From contig CAWJTV010000038.1 of assembly GCA_963845755.1 (NCBI GenBank), positions 163,210 to 227,209 of the forward strand: a DNA stretch of 64,000 nt, read 5' to 3'. The translations under genes were made by a program, and so were the position numbers. Positions 41,401-49,816 of the stretch are shown here, piece by piece (within the stretch, counting starts at the first letter, position 1; each line of letters begins with the position of its first letter). The notes beneath the pieces were generated by a model, which worked only from the letters and a program-made list of their open reading frames with translations, was not told where the DNA came from and searched no databases. Source of the DNA: an uncultured Planctomycetota bacterium (GTDB lineage Bacteria > Planctomycetota > Planctomycetia > Isosphaerales > Isosphaeraceae).

Positions 41401-42397
41401 AAAACCCGAATATACTGCTTTAGCCTATTCTAAGATATTCTTTAGTAATGGTATGTTCTCTCTTGGCCGGTTTATGAAGGGCGTCATCCGTCAGGCCGAA
41501 AAGGCTGCGGATTCCTCCCGTCAACCCGAGGTGAAGGCGCTGACTCGAGCGCACGTCGGCGGCGTCCACTACTTCAGAGGCCGACTCGGCGAGGCCGAGG
41601 CGGATCTGCGCGAGGCGGTCGAAACTCTCGATAAGGTCGGGGACTGGTTCGGGTTCTTCTCCCATCACATCTTGAGACACATCTATGCAATCCGTGGGGA
41701 TATCCCGAGGGAACTCGTCGAGGCTGAAGCCGAGATCGCAATCGGCAAGGCGCGTGGCGACGCCGAGGCATTGGCATATGGGCATTACGGTAAGGCCGAC
41801 GCCCTGGCCAGAGCCGGCCGGCACGAGGAGGCGAACGAACTGGTGGGTCCCGCGGTCGATTTGCTGGTCGCCCGCGATTCGCTCGCGCTGCTGATCGCAT
41901 ACGGTCATCTCGGCTTCGTCCGCCTCCAGGCGTCCGACTACTCCGGCGCCCGGGCTGCACTCGAAAAATCCAGGGATCGGATCATTCAGAGCTACTGCCC
42001 GTTCGAGTTCGCGGGTCCCACTTTCCCATTGCTCGTCGAGAGCCTTCTCGGCCCCCACTGGGCCGACGCCGACAACGGGCCGAGCCGGGCGGTTGCCCAA
42101 AAAGCCTGGCGTGAGGCTTGCGTTGCCCGCTTTGTTGGCTGGCGTTACCCGAACTACCGTCCCCACGCCTTACGCGTGAGCGGCCGCGCCGCCTGCGCTC
42201 TCGGCAAGATCAAGAAAGCGGGCGGTTATTTCGAGCGAGCGATCGTCGCGGCCGGGAAACTTGGCGCCCGCTATGAACTCGCCCGCGCCCTGCTCGACGC
42301 CTCCCGCGTCATCCCCGATCATGCCGACGACTACCGACTCCGCGGCCAGCAGTTGCTCGACGAGCTCGTAGCCGTCGTCCCAGAGGCTGAGCGGTAG
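38450..42397 (+). CDS. Ser/Thr kinase - AAA (STAND-like) ATPase - TPR protein (STK3)
   Basis: LGEGGMG, HRDIKPSN, DFGLAK, GTVAYCAPE; Walker A SGEPGIGKS, Walker B SFEDLQWAD, GGNPFF, FVHDLLRE; helical TPR-like C-terminus. Confidence 0.92.
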   Translation: MPVSHADPTTDHVPDATSPLDAPASVAILSSRLTVDFDDSRPSGGAIPELRHERFRIGDQLGEGGMGVVYHARDNRDGRDVALKLMKATLAGSARRRFEREFRSLSVLQHPHCLRVFDYGELAGGPFFTMELFQGRTITSLAGRGVEPVLEPLIQLTQALDYIHAHGIIHRDIKPSNILVRPTIRPDGSPGFEVKLMDFGLAKFYGVKSSLSAEAGFAGTVAYCAPEQLNLDELDHRADLYCLGLVAYEVLSGRYAFPEARLAGMRPLMQAQHNDKPKPLKDVNPEIPAPIADAVMKYLRKQPRRRPDSAAPLRSAIAGFLGIDEQTAVSGVSMPLLRPGLSVTGFVCRASEQELISDVLRRCLRPGSAEMRGEIPASLIVVSGEPGIGKSSVVQEAERIARGHGCQVYEGRCFDGNLSPFQPFVEIIRQLIAELRLQERREAATADEDLTGTHVAGLPTESLVRLLGIVNDYRGELLRIAPELRKYLPGEAYQQVDFGREADYIYRALAAFFLEIATLQPVYLSFEDLQWADKSSLDLLRHLAAALADARRSADGSTIAPRLVIVASARTGYASLEALLSQLREQRHLLELLLSPLTEAETRELIALRLNCQPDELAHELVARVHSLCGGNPFFVAETVRDWFDKQAITRTDSGWVLTTEAADSTDLPETVRDVMRLRLQGLPPKVQQVVSAAAVIGAVVDIDLLRDAVPDLSESDVLDAIDVLLPRRVFRETGNAGRVEFVHDLLRELPYGDLTASRRRSLHRRVGELLENRREKGEAIAPAVLADHFRNAEDRAKGFAYTIEAAAAALEAYAFTNAVVQLKEAQQLLSPEADEATRYRLWDMLGNACGSSARLDEAIGAYTHALEHASDRFDRATAQHGIGAAYHRKGDYHDATRHFEAALSEVGYRRPHGVMGLLFGTWRAFVSFHMIPSWFSLARRGPDYDRRVAIAIASYYRLCQMAVSILSYSYGSYNLAALAKHLRKPEYTALAYSKIFFSNGMFSLGRFMKGVIRQAEKAADSSRQPEVKALTRAHVGGVHYFRGRLGEAEADLREAVETLDKVGDWFGFFSHHILRHIYAIRGDIPRELVEAEAEIAIGKARGDAEALAYGHYGKADALARAGRHEEANELVGPAVDLLVARDSLALLIAYGHLGFVRLQASDYSGARAALEKSRDRIIQSYCPFEFAGPTFPLLVESLLGPHWADADNGPSRAVAQKAWREACVARFVGWRYPNYRPHALRVSGRAACALGKIKKAGGYFERAIVAAGKLGARYELARALLDASRVIPDHADDYRLRGQQLLDELVAVVPEAER

Positions 42398-42521
42398 CAC
42401 CCGTAGGATTCTATCCCCGGCTGCGCAGAAAGATCCGCTTCATCGGATCGCATTCAGCGCAGAGGAGTCGAAAAACGGAGTCGTCAACCCTTTCGAGGTT
42501 CATGGACTTCGGTGGCGCCAA

Positions 42522-45500
42522 TCATGGCGTCAGTTTCACGCGGATGCCTTCGGCTGGCCGGCCGGCGGAGTCCAGCAGCCGCGCGCTGCCTTCCCAGTTC
42601 GCGGTCTCATTCACCACCTTGAGCAGCAGCACATTCGTCCCCGATTTCAGCGACACGGGACCGATCGAGTCCAGCACCTCGAGCGGGCGGGGTTCGGGGC
42701 AATCGTAGATCTTCCGGCCGTTGAGATACACCTTGGCCTGGTCATCGCTGCCGATCTGCAGCCTCAGGTCGTCACGCGCCTGGTCGCAGTCGATGTAGCA
42801 GACGGCGTAGACGACCCCCAGTTCGGTCGCCCGCCCCAACACCGCATTGAAGTCCAGCACCGCCTCGGCCGAGCGGTGCTCGCGCCAGACTAGCTCCCCG
42901 CCACCGACCGCAACCCGCTCCCCGGGGGACGGCCGCAAACCCGCCTCATCGGGGAGCTGTGGCCGGTCCAGCGCCTGCGCACCGCTCTCGCCCGAAGCGA
43001 AGGGCAGCGGCAGCAATAGCAGCCAGTCCCGGAGGAATCCCCGGGCCTGTGGATCGCGGAAGGCGTTCCGGGCCGGTACATCACTCAGCGCCCGTGCGTG
43101 GCGGTCCCATCGCTGCACCTCCTCGTCGCCGGCCGCGTCCCACACCCGCGCCGTACCGTCGTCACCCGCAGTCGCCAACCGTGTACCGTCCGGAGACCAG
43201 GATACCGACCGGATGAAGCCCGTATGCCCCGTGAGGGTGAGGAGCTCCTGCCCGCCGGCCACGTCCCACACCTTCGCCGTCCCGTCCGCACTCCCCGAGG
43301 CCAGCCGCGTACCGTCCGGAGACCAGGATACTGACCTGAGCCCACCCATATGCCCCGTGAGGATGCGTAGCCCCCCGCCGTCGGCGGCGTCCCAGACCCG
43401 CGCTATCCGATCCTCACCCGCCGTCGCCAACCGCGTACCGTCCGGAGACCACGCCACGGAGATGACTCGTCTCGAATGCCCCTTGAGCACGAGGAGCTCC
43501 CGGCCGTCGGCGGCATCCCAGACCCGCGCCGTGCCATCCCTGGCGCCCGTTGCCAGTCGCGTGCCGTCCGGAGACCAGGCGACCGACCAGACCTCGCTCA
43601 TGTGCCGCTTCATCGCGAAGAGCTCGCGGCGGGTGCCCACGTCCCAGACCCGCGCCGTCCCGTCCCAGCTCGCCGTCGCCAACCGCGTGCCGTCCGGAGA
43701 CCACGCCACGGAGATGACCCGGCTCGTGTGCCTCTCGAGCGCGAAGAGCTCGCGGCCCGCGGCGTCCCAGACCCGCGCCGTCCCATCCGAATTCGCCGTC
43801 GCCAGTCGCAGGCCATCCGGAGACCAGGCGACCGACCAGACCTCGCTTTTGGGTCCCGTGAAGGTCAGGGGTTCCTGGCCGTCCGCGACGTCCCATACTT
43901 TCATCGTCCCATCCCAGCTCGCCGTCGCCAACCGCGTACCGTCCGGAGACCAGGACACGGAATTGACCTTGCTCCGATGCCCCGTGAAAGCGAGGGGTTC
44001 CCGGCCGAAGTCTGCGTACCACAACTTCGACGTCCCATCCGCACTGCCCACCGCCAGGAGCTTCCCGTCGGGGGACCACGACACGCAATTCACCTGAGAC
44101 GGATGTCCTTTGAGGATGAGGCGTTCTTGGCCGGCGACAGCGTCCCAGACCCGTGTCGTCCCATCCGAATTCCCCGTCGCCAGGAACTTCCCGTCCGGCG
44201 ACCAGGACACGGAATTGATCCAGCCCGCATGCCCCTCGAGGATGGGAGTCTTCCGGCGACCGGACGCCGCCCACAGCCTGACCGTACCATCCCGGCTCCC
44301 CGTCGCCAGTTGCGTGCCGTCCCGCGACCAGGACACGGAGTTGACCCAGCCGTGATGCCCCTCGAGGATGAATCGCTCGCGGCGACTGGCCGCGTCCCAC
44401 ACCCGAGCCGTGCCATCCGCGCTCCCCGTCGTGAGGAGCATCCCGTCCGGGGACCAGGCCACACAAACGACGTCGCCCGCGTGACCCTTGAAGACGAGCG
44501 GCTCGTGGCCGCCACCGGCGTCCCACACCCGGGCGGAACCGTCGGCGCTTCCGGTCGCTAGCCGCCTGCCGTCCGGCGACCAAGTCACCGACCAGACCCG
44601 GGCCGTCGGCTCGTCGAGGCGACAGAGTTCTCCACCGCGGACGGCGTCCCACACCCGCACCGTGCCATCCCAGGCCGCCGTCGCCAGTCGTGTGCCGTCC
44701 GGAGACCAGGACACGGAATTGACCTGGCCCCGATGCCCCACGAGCGAGAGGAGCTCGCGGCCGGCGGCGTCCCACACCCGCGCCGTGCCATCCCAGCTCG
44801 CCGTCGCCAGCCGCCTGCCATCGGGCGACCAGCACACCGACCGGACGCCGGCCTGAGGTCCGATCAGGTCCGACCGCTCGACGTGGCAGAGGCGCCGCCA
44901 GTAGTACCACTCGAAGCCCCGGTCTGGATACATCTCGGTCGCGGTCAGCAACTCTCGCAGTCGCCCGATGTGACCGGCGTCCCAGGCCGGCTGCATGAGG
45001 TTGACGCTGGCGGCATACCACTGCCGGCGGATTTCGTGCTCCGCCGCGTGGCGCGCTCGGCCTCGCCCTCCGCCTTGCGCTCCGCCGCTTCGGCCACCGC
45101 CCGCGCGGCGGCCTCGCGCACATATCCGACCGACGCGACACCGGCCACCGCCGCCAGCAGGACGAAGACGGCCACCAGCAGGCCCGCCACCGCCCTGTTC
45201 CGCCGGCACCACCGCCACGCCCACTCCGCGGCGGAAGTCCGGCGCGCCCAGATCGGACGCTCTTTCAGGAACCGCTCCAGGTCGTCGTGGAGATCCGCCG
45301 CCGTGCCGTACCGCCGCGCCGGCTCCTTGCGCAGGCATTTCAAACAGATGGTCTCCAGGTCGCGCGGAAGCCCTGGCCGTAGCGAACGGGGCGCGACCGG
45401 CTCCGACTCGAGGACCAGTCGCAACGTCTCGGCGTCGGTCTCGCCTCGGAACGGCGGACGGCCCGTCAGGATCTCATAGAGCGTTGCGCCCAGGGCGTAG

Positions 45501-46357
45501 ACATCGGTCGCGGGGCCGAGCTCGCCGCGACGCCCCGCGGCCTGTTCCGGCGCCATGTACTGAGGCGTGCCCAGCCGGGCTTCGCTCCGGGTTTCGTTGC
45601 CGGCCTCTTCCTCGAACTTGGCCAGGCCGAAGTCGGTCAATCGCGGAATGAGGCCCTCGGGTGCCGACGAGACACGGGCCAGGATCACGTTGTCCGGCTT
45701 GATGTCGCGGTGCAGGATTCCCCGGTCGTGGGCGTGCTGGACCGCGTCGGCGATCGCGGCCATCCACCGCGCCGCCAGCCGCGCCGCCACGGGCTGATTC
45801 CGCGACTTCAACCAGCGGCGCAGACTCGGTCCCGGGCAGAACTCCGAAGCGATGAAGTAGCCCAGCGGCCCGAGCTCGCCGGCATCGAAGACGCGGACGA
45901 TGTGGGGATGGTCGAGCCGCGCCGCGGCGCGGGCCTCGCGGAGGAACCGATCGACATCCCCCGGCGCCAGTACGCGCTCGGGCAGCGGCATCTTCAAGGC
46001 CACCTCGCGGCCCAGCAGGCGATCGCGGGCGCGGATCACGAACCCGAAGCCGCCCGAACCGAGGTCCTCGACGACCTCGAAGCGGCCCAGCAGCGGACGA
46101 TCCGCATCGAGAGTGCCCCGACCCTGATCCGTATCCGCTTCCCCGGGCGAGCCGGCCGGCACCTCCGCCGCGTCCAGCATCCGGAGCAGGAGCAACAGTC
46201 GTCGTCGCGCCCGGTCGTCCTCCTCGACGGTGGAAGGGAAAGCGGTGATCTCGGGGAATTGTGCGGTCGGACCGCTGTGCAGCAGCGCATCGCAGGCCAA
46301 CACCTCCGCCAGCAACCGCTCGTCGACCGGGACCGGGCTCGTCTCATCCGGGGTCAT
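42522..46357 (-). CDS. Ser/Thr kinase with 14 WD40 repeats and C-terminal beta-sandwich domain (STK2; frameshift near 45040)
   Basis: Kinase motifs in ORF 44945-46357; WD40 array and terminal IGSDDQAKVYLNG..LKSGTNVLLLKV in ORF 42522-45338. Confidence 0.92.
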
Positions 46358-46928
46358 GGCCGGGCCTCATCGATTCGCGGAGCCTCGCCAGCGCCCGGCC
46401 GTAGAGCATCCGCGCCGCATCTTCCGAAATGTTCAGCTTCGTGCCGATCTCCCCGAACGATAACTGATCCCAGATTCGTAGGTGAATGATCGAGCGATGA
46501 CGTTCCGACAGGCTGCCCAGGGCAGCGTCGAGTGCCGCGTGCGAATCGTTCCGCGCCGCGGCCTTGCTCGGTGATGTCGTGGAGCTGGCGAGGACCACCG
46601 ACTCGAGGCTTGCCGGCCTGGCACGCCGCTGGGCATTGAGCGACCCGTGGATCAGGATCGCCTTGAGCCAGGCGCGGAGCTGACCCGGCGTCCGGCCATG
46701 GAATTTCGAGAAGTTCCGCCAGCCGTCGACGATCGTCTCCTGGATCAGGTCCGAGGTCGCTGACCAGCCCGCCGGGTTCGACCAGTTACCCCGCCGCACG
46801 ACCAGCCGAAGATAATCGCGACACGCCTCCAGCGCGCTCCAGCGCGCGGCCGGGTCACCGCCGGTCGCCGCCGCGAGCTCCGCCTCGCGCGACGTCGCAT
46901 TCGGTTCGATACCGCCAGCCGATGACAT
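46344..46928 (-). CDS. ECF sigma factor (kinase-associated), ECF2
   Basis: ACRDYLRLVV, ATSDLIQET, QLRAWLKAIL, SFGEIGTKLNISEDAARMLYGRALARL; paralog of ECF1; start uncertain (46928 or 46964). Confidence 0.9.
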   Translation of the reverse strand: MSSAGGIEPNATSREAELAAATGGDPAARWSALEACRDYLRLVVRRGNWSNPAGWSATSDLIQETIVDGWRNFSKFHGRTPGQLRAWLKAILIHGSLNAQRRARPASLESVVLASSTTSPSKAAARNDSHAALDAALGSLSERHRSIIHLRIWDQLSFGEIGTKLNISEDAARMLYGRALARLRESMRPGHDPG

Positions 46929-46990
46929 CAGCCTCGACGTCTCCACTCCGTTCCGGACGGCCATCCAAGCATAGTTGGGCTTTCTCTCTC

Positions 46991-47021
46991 CAGTATGACG
47001 AGGGTTGGTCGGCGAAATCAA
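46991..47021 (-). promoter_or_regulatory. Sigma70-like promoter of the ECF2-STK2 operon
   Basis: Minus strand TTGATTTC-N16-CATACTG, same as 35267-35297. Confidence 0.6.
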
Positions 47022-47130
47022 GGTTGTATGTCTGAAATCACCGAAGCCCTGATTTCCAAGGATGTTCGGATTCCAGCTCCCTCTCGTCGGCTGGGATCTC
47101 GAGACCGCCTTTTCCGGAGAAACCGCCGGA

Positions 47131-47225
47131 ACCGCGTTCGGTTTTTCGATCTCATGGTCCTTATGAGGTAAGCCGATGCAGGCGTCGCCGTGAGAGACGG
47201 ATTGCCGTTGGACCGATTCGGTGCA
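47131..47225 (+). promoter_or_regulatory. Island-specific element, copy 6 (divergent from ECF2, no clear downstream ORF)
   Basis: accgcgTTCGG(47137)tttttcgatctcatggtccttatgag; downstream gaccgattcggtgc resembles gaccgatcgtggtgc of copies 2 and 3; dyad degenerate. Confidence 0.55.
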
Positions 47226-47512
47226 TGCTGACGGTCCGATCGCGAGATGATCCGTCTCGTCGTTTCGGGCGGTGAGATTCCGGCTCGATGTACCTGGAGC
47301 CGGAATCTTTTCCTTCCTTCCCGAGAGGTCGTTCATCCGATCGAATGGGAGATGAGCCGAACTGTACCGGGTGTCGCTCCTCGTCCAAGCACCCGACGGC
47401 GGTCCTTCACTTCTTCTCGATTCAACATTCCCGAACGAGTCCGGGGTTCTGGATGGCGGAAAAGCCGGGGAGGTGATTCCCGGCCCGTGCTTTATCAAGG
47501 ATTGGGATGCGC

Positions 47513-48058
47513 TCAGGTCCCCTCCTTGCAGCGCTCGAGGAGGACAACAATCGTCTCCTCGAGGACGCCCGAGAATCCCTTGACGTGGGGTGTCGACATG
47601 GATTTGGCCACCCAGCCCTGACGGGCGAAGTGGTTGAGCGCCTCTTCCAGCCGAGCCAGGTCGAATCGGCCGTCGAAGATCTTGTCCCTGGGAGTGAGGA
47701 GTTTGTACTCACGGGTCCCGGCCCCTGCCGGCACCGAACTCATCGGGACGAAGGATGGCGATGCCTCGGGCGGCTGAGGGACGTCGACGGGGCGGTCGGA
47801 TTCGGCCTTGAGCGCCATCGCCGTGTCGGTGGGAACCGCCCACGAAGACGCATCCAGCCCCTCGACCTCGATCCCCTGGTGCTCGACGGCCGCCGACGGG
47901 CCGGTCGTCGCCGCGGCGACGGGCGCCCCTGCGCCCTTGGTGGAGGGCGGCGAAACCTGGAAGCTCAGGCCGCATTTCCGGCACTTGATCCGGGCGCCGA
48001 TCAAGGTCGACGGGATCTTGCCCCGCTCCCCACAGGTCGGACAACTGACGTATGGCAT
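47513..48058 (-). CDS. Zinc-ribbon + DUF4177-like domain protein
   Basis: CPTC..CRKC; C-terminal REYKLL..LEEALNHFARQGW..VVLLER. Confidence 0.75.
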   Translation of the reverse strand: MPYVSCPTCGERGKIPSTLIGARIKCRKCGLSFQVSPPSTKGAGAPVAAATTGPSAAVEHQGIEVEGLDASSWAVPTDTAMALKAESDRPVDVPQPPEASPSFVPMSSVPAGAGTREYKLLTPRDKIFDGRFDLARLEEALNHFARQGWVAKSMSTPHVKGFSGVLEETIVVLLERCKEGT

Positions 48059-48529
48059 CGTGATCTCCCCCGACCCGGACGCATGCGTCACGCCGGGCGT
48101 CTCGAGACAGCGAATCGAACGCCGGCTTGTCAAATCTTTCGTCTTCTCACGGCGACAACCGGCAGAATTGGTGAGATGACCCCGACCTGGACGTGACTTT
48201 TCGCCATCACCCTACCGCGCGAGAGCGGCAGACTCAACATGTCCGTGCTCCCCTATCTCTGAATTAGGCAAATGGGCGGACCTGTACGTGCTGACCCGCA
48301 ATGTTTACCAAAGACAACGCGCGATCGTCCGGAACGATTCCTGCAATCCCGTTTCCTTGACAGAGCCCCTGGTCTCGACGAACATGAGCAGAGGGAGCGA
48401 GCAACCTATGAGGCGAGTTCCGGATAAGGTGGAAATGTTTCACCTGATCGCTTCGGACTCGCGCTGGTAATAGCGTTGCATCAATGTTGAGCTCCATGAC
48501 GCGGCGTCGCGACCAGGAAGTGGGATGGT

Positions 48530-48760
48530 ATGGGATCTACGAAAGCTCTCGATCAAATTGATTCGCTCATCGACGACGTCCTCAACGATTCGGACCTCTC
48601 CGCGTCGTCCCTGGCATCGATGCTCATGGCCATTCGCGACTCGGTACGCGACGGATATCATGTGGCCCTGGCACGGCGGATCTGGGATGCGAATAACGCG
48701 CTCAAGGGGACGCGGCGCATGCGGGGAAATCATCGTATCGATGTCCCTGTGATGGACTGA
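48530..48760 (+). CDS. Small helical hypothetical protein
   Basis: 76 aa with protein-like composition (LDQIDSLIDDVLND..); AGGAAG upstream. Confidence 0.6.
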   Translation: MGSTKALDQIDSLIDDVLNDSDLSASSLASMLMAIRDSVRDGYHVALARRIWDANNALKGTRRMRGNHRIDVPVMD

Positions 48761-49156
48761 TTTGTCGAGTACCGCACCCGCGGCCGCGCGTCGGGTCGGC
48801 GTCGTGGCCCTTCCTCCCGGGATCCGCATCGCCGCGCCGGGGAATGGAACGCGCGTTCCGGCGGTTCATCATACCCTCATCGCCTGCCGTAGGGAAAATA
48901 CGTTCATCACCCGACGAAACCGCCCGACAGGTGGAGATCCCCCTTTCTGTGGGCGTTGCCCCCAATCCCCGCGCCGGCGCGTCGGCACAGTCTTCGCGCG
49001 CCCAGTGGTTTCGGCTGCGTTTCCCGTTATAGTGTTCCGTGTCTAGCACGGGATCGCGACGAACTTGCGGGTTGGAGTGGTGAGCACTCTGCGGCCGGCT
49101 GAGTTGAGTTTGCTGACTAGAGAAGATTCGCCGGTCAGACCGACTGCGCGGGCAGT

Positions 49157-49298
49157 TGGGTTCGTTTTGGGGGTTTTCAAACGCGCCGCGGGGTATTCTG
49201 GGTTCGTTTTGCAGAAATCGGCCCTCGCAGACCGGGCCGTTGGGTTCGTTTTGCGGTTTTCACGATCCCGCAACCCCGGGATTCCTGGCTTCGTTCGA
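49157..49298. repeat. Four short direct repeats TGGGTTCGTTTTG at 42/42/45-bp spacing
   Basis: Copies start at 49157, 49199, 49241, plus variant tggcttcgttcg at 49286. Confidence 0.75.
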
Positions 49299-49816
49299 CA
49301 ATTTTTCGCACGCGGTCTTCAAGGTTGGTTGAGTCCCTCGGATCTCGATGCTATCCAGCAAGGACTAATGATCGCATGCGCCAGGCAGTCATGCTTGATA
49401 GCCTCGTCGTGGATGATCGGACGCCAGGTGATCGTGCGGCGCGGTTCCCGAGTTGGGCATCGATCGCGGCAAACCGCCCTTGCAGGCGACCTCGGAGGAG
49501 CCAAGGATGAAGCTCTAATCATCAGGATGCCGCAACTTTGAAAAAGCGTGAACGCGTTTCGGCCAAAACGGGCGGAGTTATTTATTTAAGTCCTTATGCT
49601 ACAGGGCAATAAATTTTTTGAAAATTTCTAGATGACGGTGGATTGCGCCAAGTGATCGCTCGGCCTACATCGTACCGGCCCGCGCGAGGATCGGCCGGGC
49701 ATCCGGCGACGGCTCAGGCCGGCGTCGCTCGCGGGCGCGTCGGGCGATTGCGGCCACGACCGCATGGTGGGATAGAGAATACCGGCCGGTCGGCATTACC
49801 GCGCGAGATCGATCCG

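Noticed and set aside
43130..44870. WD40 DNA repeats as a CRISPR array or DGR template/variable repeats
   Set aside because: They are in-frame coding repeats; there is no cas or reverse transcriptase gene and no adenine-specific variation was evident.
47016..47046. Minus-strand TTCGG-N17-CCTTG as a seventh element copy autoregulating ECF2
   Set aside because: It lacks the T-tract and dyad and has no counterpart upstream of ECF1, so it could be chance.
28800..47500. Integrative element or prophage explanation for the island
   Set aside because: No integrase, transposase, tRNA, att-like direct repeats or phage genes were seen.
49157..49298. CRISPR mini-array
   Set aside because: The repeat is only 13 bp, non-palindromic, with four units and no cas genes. 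Kept as an unexplained repeat.
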